Source: Streptosporangiaceae bacterium (GTDB taxonomy: Bacteria; Actinomycetota; Actinomycetes; Streptosporangiales; Streptosporangiaceae). Taken from it: 64,000 bases of DNA. Positions 23,935 to 33,950 of the stretch are shown piece after piece. The notes under the pieces were generated by a model, which saw nothing but the letters and a program-made list of their open reading frames with translations, ran no database searches and had not been told where the DNA came from. Position 1 is the stretch's first letter, and each line of letters starts with the position of its first letter. The stretch is from assembly GCA_030041275.1 (NCBI GenBank), contig JASHOE010000287.1, positions 12,041 through 76,040 of the forward strand, in the 5' to 3' direction. Position numbers and translations under genes: made by a program.

Positions 23935-25416
23935 TCAGTTCTGGCCGCCGGAGAGCTTCTCGCGGAGCGCCGCGAGCGCCTCGTCCGAGGCCAGCGTCCC
24001 GCCGCGGTCTGCCTCTCCGCTGCTGCTGCGGTGCTCGCGGGCGCCCTGCTCCTCGCCCTCCTGGCCGCCGGTCGACTCCGCCTTGCTGCGCGCCTCCGCC
24101 ACCTGCTGCTGATGCGCCTCGTAGCGAGCGCGAGCCTCGGCGTACTGCCGCTCCCACTCCTCACGCTGGCTTTCGAAGCCCTCCATCCACTCCTGGGTTT
24201 CCGGATCGAAGCCCTCGGGGTAGAGGTAGTTGCCCTGCTCATCGTAGGCAGCGGGCATGCCGTACAGCGTCGGGTCGAAGTCCTCGCCCGAGACCTCGCC
24301 GGTCGCACCCTCGTTGGCCTGCTTGAGCGACAGGCTGATGCGCCGCCGGTCCAGATCGATGTCGATGATCTTGACGAAGATCTCGTCACCGACCTGGACG
24401 ACCTGCTCGGGAATCTCGACGTGCCGGTCAGCCAGCTCGGAGATGTGCACCAGACCCTCGATGCCCTCCTCGACGCGGACGAACGCGCCGAATGGCACCA
24501 GCTTGGTGACCCGGCCGGGCACGACCTGGCCGATCTGGTGTGTGCGTGCGAACTGCTGCCAGGGGTCTTCCTGCGTCGACTTCAGCGACAGCGAAACACG
24601 CTCGCGGTCCATGTCGACGTCGAGCATCTCGACGGTGACCTCCTGGCCCACCTCGACGACCTCGCCCGGATGGTCGATGTGCTTCCAGGACAACTCGGAC
24701 ACGTGCACCAGTCCGTCGACGCCGCCAAGGTCGACAAACGCGCCGAAGTTCACGATCGACGAGACCACGCCCTTGCGGATCTGGCCCTTCTGCAGCGTGT
24801 TCAGGAAGTTCTGTCGCACCTCGGACTGGGTCTGCTCGAGCCAGGCACGGCGAGACAGCACGACGTTGTTGCGGTTGCGGTCCAGCTCGATGATCTTGGC
24901 CTCGATCTCCTTGCCCACGTAGGGCTGCAGATCACGCACCCGCCGCATCTCCACCAGGGAGGCAGGCAGGAAGCCACGCAGGCCGATGTCGAGGATCAGG
25001 CCGCCCTTGACCACCTCGATAACCGTGCCCGTGACGACGCCGTCCTCGTCCTTGATCTTCTCGATCGTGCCCCACGCGCGCTCGTACTGGGCGCGCTTCT
25101 TGGACAGGATCAGCCGGCCCTCCTTATCCTCCTTCTGCAGGACAAGGGCCTCGATGTGCTCGCCGGTCTTGACGACCTCGTGCGGGTCAACATCATGCTT
25201 GATGGACAATTCCCTGGACGGGATGACGCCCTCGGTCTTGTAACCGATGTCGAGCAGAACCTCGTCTCGGTCGACTTTGACGACAGTGCCCTCGACAATG
25301 TCGCCGTCATTGAAGTACTTGATGGTCTCGTCGATCGCGGCGAGGAAGGCCTCCTCGGAACCGATGTCGTTGACCGCTACCTTGGGGGTCGAGGTGGCCT
25401 CAGTGCTACTCGTCAT
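23935..25416 (-). CDS. rpsA: 30S ribosomal protein S1
   Basis: Repeated S1 (OB) domains: GDIVEGTVVKVDRDEVLLDIGYK, GTVIEVVKGGLILDIG, GVVSSIVNFGAFVDLG, GRVTKLVPFGAFVRV. Start set at ATG 25416 (MTSSTEA...), not the ORF opening at 25593. Confidence 0.95.
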   Translation of the reverse strand: MTSSTEATSTPKVAVNDIGSEEAFLAAIDETIKYFNDGDIVEGTVVKVDRDEVLLDIGYKTEGVIPSRELSIKHDVDPHEVVKTGEHIEALVLQKEDKEGRLILSKKRAQYERAWGTIEKIKDEDGVVTGTVIEVVKGGLILDIGLRGFLPASLVEMRRVRDLQPYVGKEIEAKIIELDRNRNNVVLSRRAWLEQTQSEVRQNFLNTLQKGQIRKGVVSSIVNFGAFVDLGGVDGLVHVSELSWKHIDHPGEVVEVGQEVTVEMLDVDMDRERVSLSLKSTQEDPWQQFARTHQIGQVVPGRVTKLVPFGAFVRVEEGIEGLVHISELADRHVEIPEQVVQVGDEIFVKIIDIDLDRRRISLSLKQANEGATGEVSGEDFDPTLYGMPAAYDEQGNYLYPEGFDPETQEWMEGFESQREEWERQYAEARARYEAHQQQVAEARSKAESTGGQEGEEQGAREHRSSSGEADRGGTLASDEALAALREKLSGGQN

Positions 25417-25732
25417 GTGTGGGTGGACTCCGGATACGGACAGATATGGGTTGCAGTACGGTACCGTGCGCGGCGGGTCCGACAAGGGAAAGTCATGCTT
25501 GAGGTGACGTGCCCGGGTCGGCATAGCTGACCGCGGCCTCCAGGGAGACCGCCCCGCGGGCTGCCTGACCATTGGCGGACTGCACCAGAACACAGTGCAG
25601 CGTTAAGCATATGAGAGCCCGGCCGGGCGGTCAATCGGCGCACCCCCCTTGTGGCTCCCAGCCGGGCTGAGATCGCCGCTGCTGTCCGCTGCCAGGGCCG
25701 CTCACCTGCACTTTCACCAAACAGGCAGGGCA

Positions 25733-26785
25733 TCACTGGGCGGCAACCTCGGCTGCGAGGCACACCTGCAGGGCCTCAGTGGTCAGCTGCCAGGTGGTGT
25801 GCACCGCCGCGGTGCGGAAGCCGAGTTGCTCGTTGATGGCCAGCATCGCATCGTTGCTGCCAGCGTTCCAGGTGATCACCCATCGAACGCGGGGGAGCTC
25901 GTCCAGAATCCGCTGGGTCATGGCGGCCTTCAGCCACTTGCCGAGGCCGTGACCGCGATGAGCCGGGTCGACGGCGGTGTCGCCCACCCAGACCCGGTCA
26001 GGCGTCCCCGGCCTTGCGATGATCGTGCTGAGACCGACGAAGCGGCCTGAGGACTCCTCGACAGCGAAGTAGGCCCAGGGCTGCTCGCCAGCGGCCAGCG
26101 CGGCGTCCTCGTACTGGCGCATCAGCTCAGCCGTGACCGGCGTGTCGCTGACGTCCAGGTCCTCCCGTGGCGCGGTGTTCATGACGTTCATGGCCTCGGC
26201 AGCGTGCCCCATCAGCTCCGGCGGCGTGGGCGCGGCCACAAACTGGAGCCGATAGCCCGGCGCCCGGACCGGACCCTCCCCGATCCATCGCGCCAGCACC
26301 TCCCGGTCCAGCCGCCGCAGGTCCAGCCGGTTCTCCCGGCCCACCATCGCTGGCTTAGCGCCGAGCTGACGGCAGAACGCCGCGCCGGACGGAACCCTGT
26401 CCACGCTCCGGCCCATGACCACCCGCAGCCCGCGCTGCTGCGCGATGTCGGCTGCCCGCTCGGCCAGCAGCCGGCCGAGCCCCTGGCGCCGTTGACCAGG
26501 CAGCACCGCAATCTCGACACGCAGCACATGGGCCCAGCCCGGCAACTGCTCCCACATGTACCGCGCAAACCCTGCGATCACTCCGCCAGCGTCACGCGCG
26601 ATTACGATGAAGCCGCCCTCCGGCGCGGGCAGATTGCGTGCCGCGGCGATCTCCTCCGCCAGCGGCCGCCGCGGATCGTCTGGGGTCGCCTCGGCGTCGA
26701 GCGGCGCGCGCGCTGCATAAAGCTCCACGAGCAGCTCGTCAGGCTGCTCCCGAAACGGCCACTGCGAAAAAGTCCATGTCGACAC
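25733..26785 (-). CDS. Tandem-GNAT N-acetyltransferase (two acetyl-CoA motif-A copies)
   Basis: First GNAT: VLPGQRRQGLGRLLAERA. Second GNAT: VDPAHRGHGLGKWLKAAM. The 350-aa, MshD/Eis-like two-domain layout does not identify the substrate. Confidence 0.75.
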   Translation of the reverse strand: MSTWTFSQWPFREQPDELLVELYAARAPLDAEATPDDPRRPLAEEIAAARNLPAPEGGFIVIARDAGGVIAGFARYMWEQLPGWAHVLRVEIAVLPGQRRQGLGRLLAERAADIAQQRGLRVVMGRSVDRVPSGAAFCRQLGAKPAMVGRENRLDLRRLDREVLARWIGEGPVRAPGYRLQFVAAPTPPELMGHAAEAMNVMNTAPREDLDVSDTPVTAELMRQYEDAALAAGEQPWAYFAVEESSGRFVGLSTIIARPGTPDRVWVGDTAVDPAHRGHGLGKWLKAAMTQRILDELPRVRWVITWNAGSNDAMLAINEQLGFRTAAVHTTWQLTTEALQVCLAAEVAAQ

Positions 26786-26963
26786 GGCCCCCGAAGGTAG
26801 GCGGGCGTACCGGTCGGGTCAACTGAGTTTTCGGCCGGTCGCCGGTCACGCCAGCTTCCCGCAGCTCACCGCCCCAGCGTGGCGGGCCGTCTCGCTAGTT
26901 CGGCCATCGGCCGCTGCGTGTACCACCATGGATAAGCGGCAGCGACAAACGAGCTGAGGCGGG

Positions 26964-28001
26964 GTGCGTGTGGTGACGGCCGATCTGATCTCGAGGGCGC
27001 AGGCTGGCGACGGCGATGCGTTCACAGAGCTGACGGAGCCGCACCGCCGCGAACTCCAGGTTCACTGCTACCGGATGCTCGGATCGTTCCAGGACGCCGA
27101 AGACGCCCTGCAGGAGACGCTGCTTGCCGCCTGGCAGGGCCTGGCCGGGTTCGAGAGACGCGCCTCGCCGCGTACGTGGCTCTATCGCATCGCGACCAAC
27201 CGCTGCCTGAACGTGCTGCGCTCGGCCAGTCGACGGCCAGCCATCGACTGGAATGTGCCCGGAGTTGAACCGCCGCAGCCGACCCGGCTCGGTGAGGTCG
27301 TGTGGCTCGAGCCGTTTCCCGACGCGCTGCTTGAGGGCGTGACCGACGTACCGCCAGGCCCGGAAGCTCGCTACGAACAGAACGAATCCATCTCCCTGGC
27401 GTTCGTGACCGCGCTGCAGGTCCTGCCGCCCCGCCAGGTTGCCGTGCTCATCCTGCGCGACGTCCTTGGATTCCACGCCAGGGAGGTGGCAGACATGCTG
27501 GACTCGACCGTCGAATCGATCAATAGTGCCCTGAAACGTGCACGCGCCAGCCTGCAGCGCCGAAGCTCGCCGAGCGCCGAGCGGGAGCAGCCGCCGGCCG
27601 TCGGCTCCCCGACTGCAGACGCCATTGTGGCGAAGTTCGCCAGCGCCTACGCCGCCGCCGACCTTGACGCCCTGGTAGATCTGCTGACCGACGACGTTTT
27701 CATCTCGATGCCGCCGATGCCGCTCGAATACGCGGGCCTGGACGCCGTAGCCCGCTTCTGCGCCACCTTGTTCGGGGCAGGTCGCAGAACCGACCTGGTG
27801 CCGACGGGTGCCAACCGCCAGCCCGCCTTCGGGGCCTACCTGCGCGCCTCTGCCGGACTCAGCCGGGGCACAGGCCTGATCGTCCTGACCCTGGCAGGCG
27901 ACCGGATCTGTGCCATGACGCACTTTGAGAGCACCGTGCTGCCGTGGTTCGGGCTGCCCCCTTCGCTGCCCGCCCGAGAACCGACCGCCGGGGCCGGTTA
28001 G
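26964..28001 (+). CDS. ECF-type RNA polymerase sigma factor with fused C-terminal SnoaL/NTF2-like domain (SigG/TIGR02960-like)
   Basis: Region 2: ELQVHCYRMLGSFQDAEDALQETLLAAW. Region 4: RQVAVLILRDVLGFHAREVADMLDSTVESINSALKRAR. A ~150-aa extension follows (DALVDLLTDDVFISMPP...). No separate anti-sigma gene is adjacent. Confidence 0.85.
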   Translation: MRVVTADLISRAQAGDGDAFTELTEPHRRELQVHCYRMLGSFQDAEDALQETLLAAWQGLAGFERRASPRTWLYRIATNRCLNVLRSASRRPAIDWNVPGVEPPQPTRLGEVVWLEPFPDALLEGVTDVPPGPEARYEQNESISLAFVTALQVLPPRQVAVLILRDVLGFHAREVADMLDSTVESINSALKRARASLQRRSSPSAEREQPPAVGSPTADAIVAKFASAYAAADLDALVDLLTDDVFISMPPMPLEYAGLDAVARFCATLFGAGRRTDLVPTGANRQPAFGAYLRASAGLSRGTGLIVLTLAGDRICAMTHFESTVLPWFGLPPSLPAREPTAGAG

Positions 28002-30160
28002 CCCGGAAGCAGCGTCAGCCTGTCCCGCGCCGCCGCCCGCACCGCGCGCGGCGAATAGGGCGCGGGCAGCAGACGGCCAGTGCGCCACGCGTCCTGCTGG
28101 TCGGTGGCGTGCGGGCTGGCCGCATCACCCGCTGCGCCGAGCGGTACCACCCACGCGGAGCGGTCCCAGTCGGCAAGGTCGAACGCGTAGCGGGCGACCG
28201 AGCCGGAGACGGTTCGCAGCCCTTCGACCGGGACGTACGAACTGGCCTGCACGGTGTCCATGTCGCCGCCGTACGGCACCGACGGCGGGTCGAATTCGGC
28301 GTGCCGGAGCGGGTGGCGCTGCCCGGTGGCGTGCAAGTCGCCCCACGGCTCGCCGCCCCACGCGGCCTCGGCGCGACGCACCGCCTCGGTCAGGGTCCGT
28401 TGCCACGACCACCCGCCGAGCAGCGACTCATCACCTGCCTCCAGGTGATCACCCGCCACCCGCCAGACCACAGACTCGGCACGCAGCCCTGGCAGCAGCC
28501 GATTCCACGGATGCTCGACGAAGGCGGCGAGGCCCGAGCGCTCCAGCACGAGCAGCGCGAGCTCGCGGCGGAGCAGCGAGTAGGCAGCGGCCGCGGTGGA
28601 GTGGGCGGTTAGCTGGCCGTCCCAGCCCGCGAGCGGCGCCCAATCGCTGAGCAGCCTGGCGATCCGGCGGGCCGGCAGCGACAGAACGTCACGGTGCAGC
28701 GCGGCCATGTCGTCCACAGTGGCGCCGGACATTGACGAGATGCTGTCCACGATCCGCTCAGCGCGCCACGGCGCGGCCATATCGAGGCTGAGGTAAGGCG
28801 CGTCGTCTGCGGCGAGGATCCTGTTGTTGGCGCTGAACAGGAACCCGCCCTCGGGGTCTTGCAGACGGGGCATGTCGGCGAAGGCCACGAAACCCCGCCA
28901 GCCGTACGAGGCATCACCGGCCGGGACCGGCGCCCAGGCCGCCTCAAATCGGCTGCGGACCGGGATGCGGCCCCTCGTGAGGTAGCCAATGCTGCCGTCG
29001 CGGTCGGCGGCCAGCAGGTTGTTGGCTGGCTCCACCCAAGGCCGCATGGTCTCGAACAAGTCGCCCACCGTCCGCACCCGCAGCATCGCCGGAAACGCGT
29101 CGAATCCGGTGTTGAGCGTCGCGGTGGCAGTCCAGGCGAGGGCCAGCTCATCGGTGATCAGCGGGCCACGGCTGCTCGTGCGGACGTCGATCCGAACCGG
29201 CGTCCCGCCGCGAACGTCGATTAGCTCGGCCCGCGGCGGCTCATCCGGCTGGCCCTCAGAACCGACCTCTCGCAGGCCCCCGTGCTCCGCACTCTGGTAC
29301 ACGTCCTGGTCGTCGGCCATCGCGTGCGTGATGCACCACGCAACCCTGTCGTTGTGGCCAAAGTGCGGGAAGCCGGGGACGCCGGGGATCGCCAGGCCGA
29401 GCACGTCCCACTCGGGGCAGGCGACGTGGCCCTGGATATAGACGTTCGGCATCTCGAGCGGCCGGTGCGGATCCCCGGCGAGCAGCGGCAGCCCGGAGGC
29501 GGTGCGGCGGCCAGCGAGCGCCCAGTTGTTGCTGCCGCCGTCGTCGAGGCCGACCCAGGACGGCACCGGGCCGTCGCAGCGCGCGCCGGGCGGTACACAC
29601 GAAATCTGGCCGCCGGCCCCGGCCGTGACCATCATCCGGGCCGCACCTGGGCCGAGCGCCTCGCCTACGACTGCGCGCCAGAGTTTGTGCGACGCGGATC
29701 CCATAGTCACGTGCCTGACCCGGTACACCAGCAGGCTGTGCCAGGGTTCCCATGGCTGCGGCGGCAGGCCGGTGACTGCGAACTCGGGCGGCAGTGCACT
29801 CGATGCAGTGCCAGGCCCGTCGCCGGCGGTCGCCAGCAGCGCGTTCACGCCAGCCGTGTACGCGATCAGCATGTCCCGCGCCGCCACCGAGAGCCCGGCA
29901 AGGTCACGGCGGGCACTGCCCGCCAGGTCAAGCCGCCGGTACAGCGTGTCCGCGGCAACGGCACTGGGACCCAGGATTTCCGCGGACCGGCCAACGGCCC
30001 GCCGCCGGTCGTAGTCCATCTGCCACAGTCGGTCGGCGGCGTGCACAAAGCCCTGGGCGAAGAAGGCGTCATGCTCGCTGACCGCCTGGCAGTGCGGAAC
30101 GCCCAGACCGTCGCGCAGTACCTCAATGGGGCCGTCGAGCCCGGCTATCCGCAACTCCAC
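27998..30160 (-). CDS. Penicillin acylase (S45, Ntn-hydrolase) family protein
   Basis: GVPHCQAVSEHDAFFAQGFVHAADRLWQMDY in the alpha part and the autoprocessing/nucleophile site GGSNNWALAG. 720 aa with no N-terminal signal peptide visible. Confidence 0.85.
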   Translation of the reverse strand: MELRIAGLDGPIEVLRDGLGVPHCQAVSEHDAFFAQGFVHAADRLWQMDYDRRRAVGRSAEILGPSAVAADTLYRRLDLAGSARRDLAGLSVAARDMLIAYTAGVNALLATAGDGPGTASSALPPEFAVTGLPPQPWEPWHSLLVYRVRHVTMGSASHKLWRAVVGEALGPGAARMMVTAGAGGQISCVPPGARCDGPVPSWVGLDDGGSNNWALAGRRTASGLPLLAGDPHRPLEMPNVYIQGHVACPEWDVLGLAIPGVPGFPHFGHNDRVAWCITHAMADDQDVYQSAEHGGLREVGSEGQPDEPPRAELIDVRGGTPVRIDVRTSSRGPLITDELALAWTATATLNTGFDAFPAMLRVRTVGDLFETMRPWVEPANNLLAADRDGSIGYLTRGRIPVRSRFEAAWAPVPAGDASYGWRGFVAFADMPRLQDPEGGFLFSANNRILAADDAPYLSLDMAAPWRAERIVDSISSMSGATVDDMAALHRDVLSLPARRIARLLSDWAPLAGWDGQLTAHSTAAAAYSLLRRELALLVLERSGLAAFVEHPWNRLLPGLRAESVVWRVAGDHLEAGDESLLGGWSWQRTLTEAVRRAEAAWGGEPWGDLHATGQRHPLRHAEFDPPSVPYGGDMDTVQASSYVPVEGLRTVSGSVARYAFDLADWDRSAWVVPLGAAGDAASPHATDQQDAWRTGRLLPAPYSPRAVRAAARDRLTLLPG

Positions 30161-30219
30161 AAGGCAAGCATCCCATTCCGGGCTATTCGCCGCGGAAGAT
30201 CGTGCCCGGAAGCGGCGGT

Positions 30220-33012
30220 CTAGTGTGCCGCGTCGGCCCAGCTGCGGCCCCAGCCCATGGAGACTTCGAGCGGCACTGTCAGCTCGGCGGCCCCGCCCAT
30301 GGCGACGCGTACCAGGTCCTGCACCGCGTCCAGCTCGCCCGGCGCGACCTCGAATAGCAGCTCATCGTGCACCTGGAGCAGCATCCTGGATCGCAGGCCC
30401 GCGGCCTGCAGCTCGTAGTGCGCGGTGAGCATCGCGACCTTGATGATGTCCGCGGCCGAGCCCTGAATGGGTGCATTGAGCGCCATCCGCTCGGCCATCT
30501 CCCGGCGCTGGCGGTTGTCGGAGGTCAGGTCGGGCAGATAGCGCCGGCGGCCCAGCATGGTCTGCGTGTAGCCGTCCATCCGCGCTCTGGCCACGACGTC
30601 CCGCAAGTAGTCACGGACGCCGCCGAACTGCTCGAAGTACTCGTCCATGTAAGCGCGGGCCTCTTCCGGGGTGACCCGAAGCTGCTGCGACAGCCCGTAG
30701 GCGGACAGGCCGTAGGCCAGGCCGTAGTTCATGGCCTTGACCTTGCTGCGTAGCTCGGAGGTCACCTGCTCAGGCGCAACGCCGAAGACTCGGCCCGCCG
30801 TGGCGGCGTGGAAGTCGTGCCCGGAGGAGAACGCTTCGGACAGTGCCTGGTCGGCGGACAGGTGCGCCATGATGCGCAGTTCGATCTGGCTGTAGTCGGC
30901 CGTCAGCAGGTACTCGTAGCCAGGACCCACCACGAAGCCCTGCCGGATTCGCCGGCCCTCCTCCGTCCGGATGGGGATGTTCTGCATATTCGGGTCGGTG
31001 GAGGACAGCCGACCCGTCGCGGCGATCATCTGGTTGTAAGTCGTGTGTATGCGCCCGTCGGCGTCGGCCATGGGGATCAGCGAATCCACGACGCTCTTGA
31101 GCCTGGCCACGTCCCGGTGCCGGAGCAGGTGCTCCAGCACTGGGTGCTCCGTCTGGATCAGCAGGCTGGTGAGCGCCTCGGAGTCGGTGGTGTAGCCGGT
31201 CTTGATGCGCTTGGTCTTGGGTAGCCGCAGCTCGGTGAACAGCACCTCCTGTAGCTGTTTGGGCGAGCCCAGGTTGAACTCGTGGCCGACCGCAGCAAAC
31301 GCCGCCTGCTCGGCCGCCTTCACCTCGCCGCCGAGGCTCGCTGACATGGCGGCGAAGTGCCCGGTGTCGGCGGCGATACCAGCCCGCTCCATCGCCGCGA
31401 GTACCTCGACGAGCGGCAGCTCAACCTCGGAAAGCAGTCTGGTCGCGCCCCGCTCGGCCAGGTCGTGGTCGAGCGCGTCCGCCAGCTCAGCGGTCGCCTG
31501 CGCTCGCTGCGCCAGGGCCGTGGCTGCCTCCGCGGCGTCGGTGTCAAGCGTCAGCTGTCCCGAGGCGGGCTCGGCGTCGCGCAGCTCCCGGTTCAGGTAG
31601 CGCAACGCTAGATCGGCAAGGTCAAACGAGCGCTGGCCGGGAAGAGCGAGGTAGGCGGCGAGCGCCGTGTCGCTGGTAAGCCCTGCCAGCTCAAAGCCGC
31701 GGGCGGCGAGTGCCTGCATGGGGCCCTTGGCGTCGTGCAGCGCCTTGGTCCGCTCGGGGTCTGCGAGCCAGGCTGCCAGCGCCTTCTCGTCGGCCTCGGT
31801 CAGCCCGACTGGGTCGATGAACGCCGCCTCCCCGCCCGGCGCCGCGAAGGCCAGGCCGGTCAGACTGCCGGTCCCTCGCGCCCAGCTGCCGCTCACGGCG
31901 AGGCCAGACCGGCCAGGGGCGGATGACGCACCCTCAATCCAGTCAGCCAGCTCGTCCGGGCCCAGCATGACGGCCGTGACATCAAAGGCGGTCGTCTCGC
32001 CCGTCGGCCCGGCCGCGCTTGCGGCCACGCCGATGCCATTCGGCAGGGTCGTGTAGAGCCGGTCACGCAGCACCCGGAACTGCAGAGTGTCGAACAGCTG
32101 GTGGATCTCCTCCCGCTGCCACGGCGCCGGTCGCAGATCGGCCGGGCCGACCTCGAGCGGCACGTCGCGGACCAGCCGGGTCAGCTCGCTGTTGCGCAGC
32201 ACGCCAGCCAGGTGCTCGCGCAGCGCGTCACCGGCCCGTCCCTTGACCTCGTCGACCCGGTCGACGAGGGCCGCCAGCGAGCCGTACTCGGCGATCCACT
32301 TGGTCGCGGTCTTCTCACCGACGCCGGGGATGCCGGGCAGGTTGTCGCTCGGGTCGCCGCGCAGCGCCGCGAAGTCGGGGTACTGCGCTGGCGTGAGGCC
32401 GTACTTCGCCTCGACCGCTGCCGGGGTGAACCTGGCCAACTCGCTGATACCGCGCATCGTGTACAGGACAGTGATCTGGTCGGTCACGAGCTGGAGGACG
32501 TCCCGGTCGCCCGTCACGATCAGCACATCCATGTTCTCGTCGGCCTGCGTCGCCAAGGTGGCGATCAGGTCATCGGCCTCGTAGCCGGGCACGGACATGC
32601 GCTGGATCCCGAGCACGTCCAGCACCTCGAAGATGAGGCTGAGCTGGCTGCGGAAGTCAGCTGGCGTCTCCTTGCGCGTGGCCTTGTACTCGACATACCG
32701 CTCGTGCCGGAACGTCGGCTCGCCCCGGTCGAATGCGACGGCGACGTGCGTCGGCTCCTCATCGCGCAGCACGTTGATCAGCATCGAGGTGAAGCCGTAG
32801 ACAGCGTTGGTGGGCTGCCCCGTCGTGGTGGCGAAGTTTTCCGCGGGCAGCGCGAAGAACGCGCGGTAGGCCAGCGAGTGGCCGTCCAGGAGCAGCAGCC
32901 GCGACCGGTGCGCGCTGGCTGGCCCGGCCGGGTTGTGGCTGGCCAATCCCGCCTCGGGAGAGTTGGCCGATGCCACCCGGTCCTGACCTGCCGTGCCGTC
33001 TGTGGATGCCAC
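30220..33012 (-). CDS. polA: DNA polymerase I
   Basis: 5'-nuclease domain (LLLLDGHSLAYRAFFAL), polymerase motifs DYSQIELRIMAHLS, RRxAKxxNFG-type (RSKVKAMNYGLAYG) and QVHDELLFEV. Confidence 0.97.
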   Translation of the reverse strand: MASTDGTAGQDRVASANSPEAGLASHNPAGPASAHRSRLLLLDGHSLAYRAFFALPAENFATTTGQPTNAVYGFTSMLINVLRDEEPTHVAVAFDRGEPTFRHERYVEYKATRKETPADFRSQLSLIFEVLDVLGIQRMSVPGYEADDLIATLATQADENMDVLIVTGDRDVLQLVTDQITVLYTMRGISELARFTPAAVEAKYGLTPAQYPDFAALRGDPSDNLPGIPGVGEKTATKWIAEYGSLAALVDRVDEVKGRAGDALREHLAGVLRNSELTRLVRDVPLEVGPADLRPAPWQREEIHQLFDTLQFRVLRDRLYTTLPNGIGVAASAAGPTGETTAFDVTAVMLGPDELADWIEGASSAPGRSGLAVSGSWARGTGSLTGLAFAAPGGEAAFIDPVGLTEADEKALAAWLADPERTKALHDAKGPMQALAARGFELAGLTSDTALAAYLALPGQRSFDLADLALRYLNRELRDAEPASGQLTLDTDAAEAATALAQRAQATAELADALDHDLAERGATRLLSEVELPLVEVLAAMERAGIAADTGHFAAMSASLGGEVKAAEQAAFAAVGHEFNLGSPKQLQEVLFTELRLPKTKRIKTGYTTDSEALTSLLIQTEHPVLEHLLRHRDVARLKSVVDSLIPMADADGRIHTTYNQMIAATGRLSSTDPNMQNIPIRTEEGRRIRQGFVVGPGYEYLLTADYSQIELRIMAHLSADQALSEAFSSGHDFHAATAGRVFGVAPEQVTSELRSKVKAMNYGLAYGLSAYGLSQQLRVTPEEARAYMDEYFEQFGGVRDYLRDVVARARMDGYTQTMLGRRRYLPDLTSDNRQRREMAERMALNAPIQGSAADIIKVAMLTAHYELQAAGLRSRMLLQVHDELLFEVAPGELDAVQDLVRVAMGGAAELTVPLEVSMGWGRSWADAAH

Positions 33013-33133
33013 ACCCGGAGTTTAGTGCGCTGGTCTGACAGCGGGACGGCGTTCGCGGCCGCCTGTCCAGCGGCGGCTGGCAACCCCATACGCTGGCTGC
33101 AGCCATCCGCAAAAGATCTCTAGGCTGGGAAAC

Positions 33134-33592
33134 GTGGATACTTCGGCGCCGGTCTCCTCCGATCGTGAACAGCAGATCATCGCCATGTTCAACGACCCCG
33201 AGAACCAGACGCTGACCGGGCGGATGGGCATCAGAATCGTGTCTGCGTCGCGCGAGCGCGTCGTTGGCACCATGCCGGTCCAGGGCAACACCCAGCCATA
33301 CGGACTGCTGCACGGCGGTGCGTCCTGCGTGCTGGCCGAGACGCTCGGTTCACTCGGCTCGGCGCTGCAGGCGGGGCCCGACCGGGTCACGATCGGCATC
33401 GAGATCAACGCGTCGCATCACCGTGCCGCACGCAGCGGACTCGTGACCGGCGTCGCCACGCTCGTGCACGGCGGTCGCACCCTGTCCACCTTCGACGTGG
33501 TGATCACCGACGAGGACGACAAGCGCGTCTGCACGGCCCGGCTTAGCTGCTTGCACCGGAACGCCGTCCCTGGTGCAGCCGGCCGGGCCTGA
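33134..33592 (+). CDS. PaaI/hotdog-fold acyl-CoA thioesterase
   Basis: 152 aa. GNTQPYGLLHGGASCVLAETLGS and HGGRTLSTFDVVITDE are typical of PaaI/YbdB-type thioesterases. Confidence 0.8.
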   Translation: MDTSAPVSSDREQQIIAMFNDPENQTLTGRMGIRIVSASRERVVGTMPVQGNTQPYGLLHGGASCVLAETLGSLGSALQAGPDRVTIGIEINASHHRAARSGLVTGVATLVHGGRTLSTFDVVITDEDDKRVCTARLSCLHRNAVPGAAGRA

Positions 33593-33950
33593 TTGTTGCG
33601 CTGCGCACACTCAGGCCAGGCGCGCCCGTGCAGCATAGCCTCGGCGCGAAACGGTTCGAAGCACCCACAAGGGATGGGCGCCGGTGTGGCGCCGAGGTGA
33701 TGTTTCCGTCATTCCGACAGGGGAATCGCGGTGTCTTTGCGCGGCCCCGCCACCCGTCGCTAACGTTGCTAGAGCAAGAGCGAGGGAGACCGAGTAGAGA
33801 ACGTGCCGACCCGGGGAAGGTCGACATGGCACCAAAGGTCCACTGGCTCGCATGACCGTCGACCGCTTCCGGCTTCGGCGGCCGCAAGGCGACGGGCGCC
33901 GGTCACGACGGGGGTCAGGTGGCCGGCACCGTCGGCTTGCCTTCGCTGCT

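Noticed and set aside
23242-25530. 762-aa ORF on the plus strand
   Set aside because: Antisense to coaE and rpsA, both unmistakable. Leu/Asp/Arg-rich mirror translation with no motifs.
26895-28088. 397-aa ORF on the minus strand
   Set aside because: Antisense to the ECF sigma factor gene, which has clear regions 2 and 4. The translation is Gly/Arg-rich.
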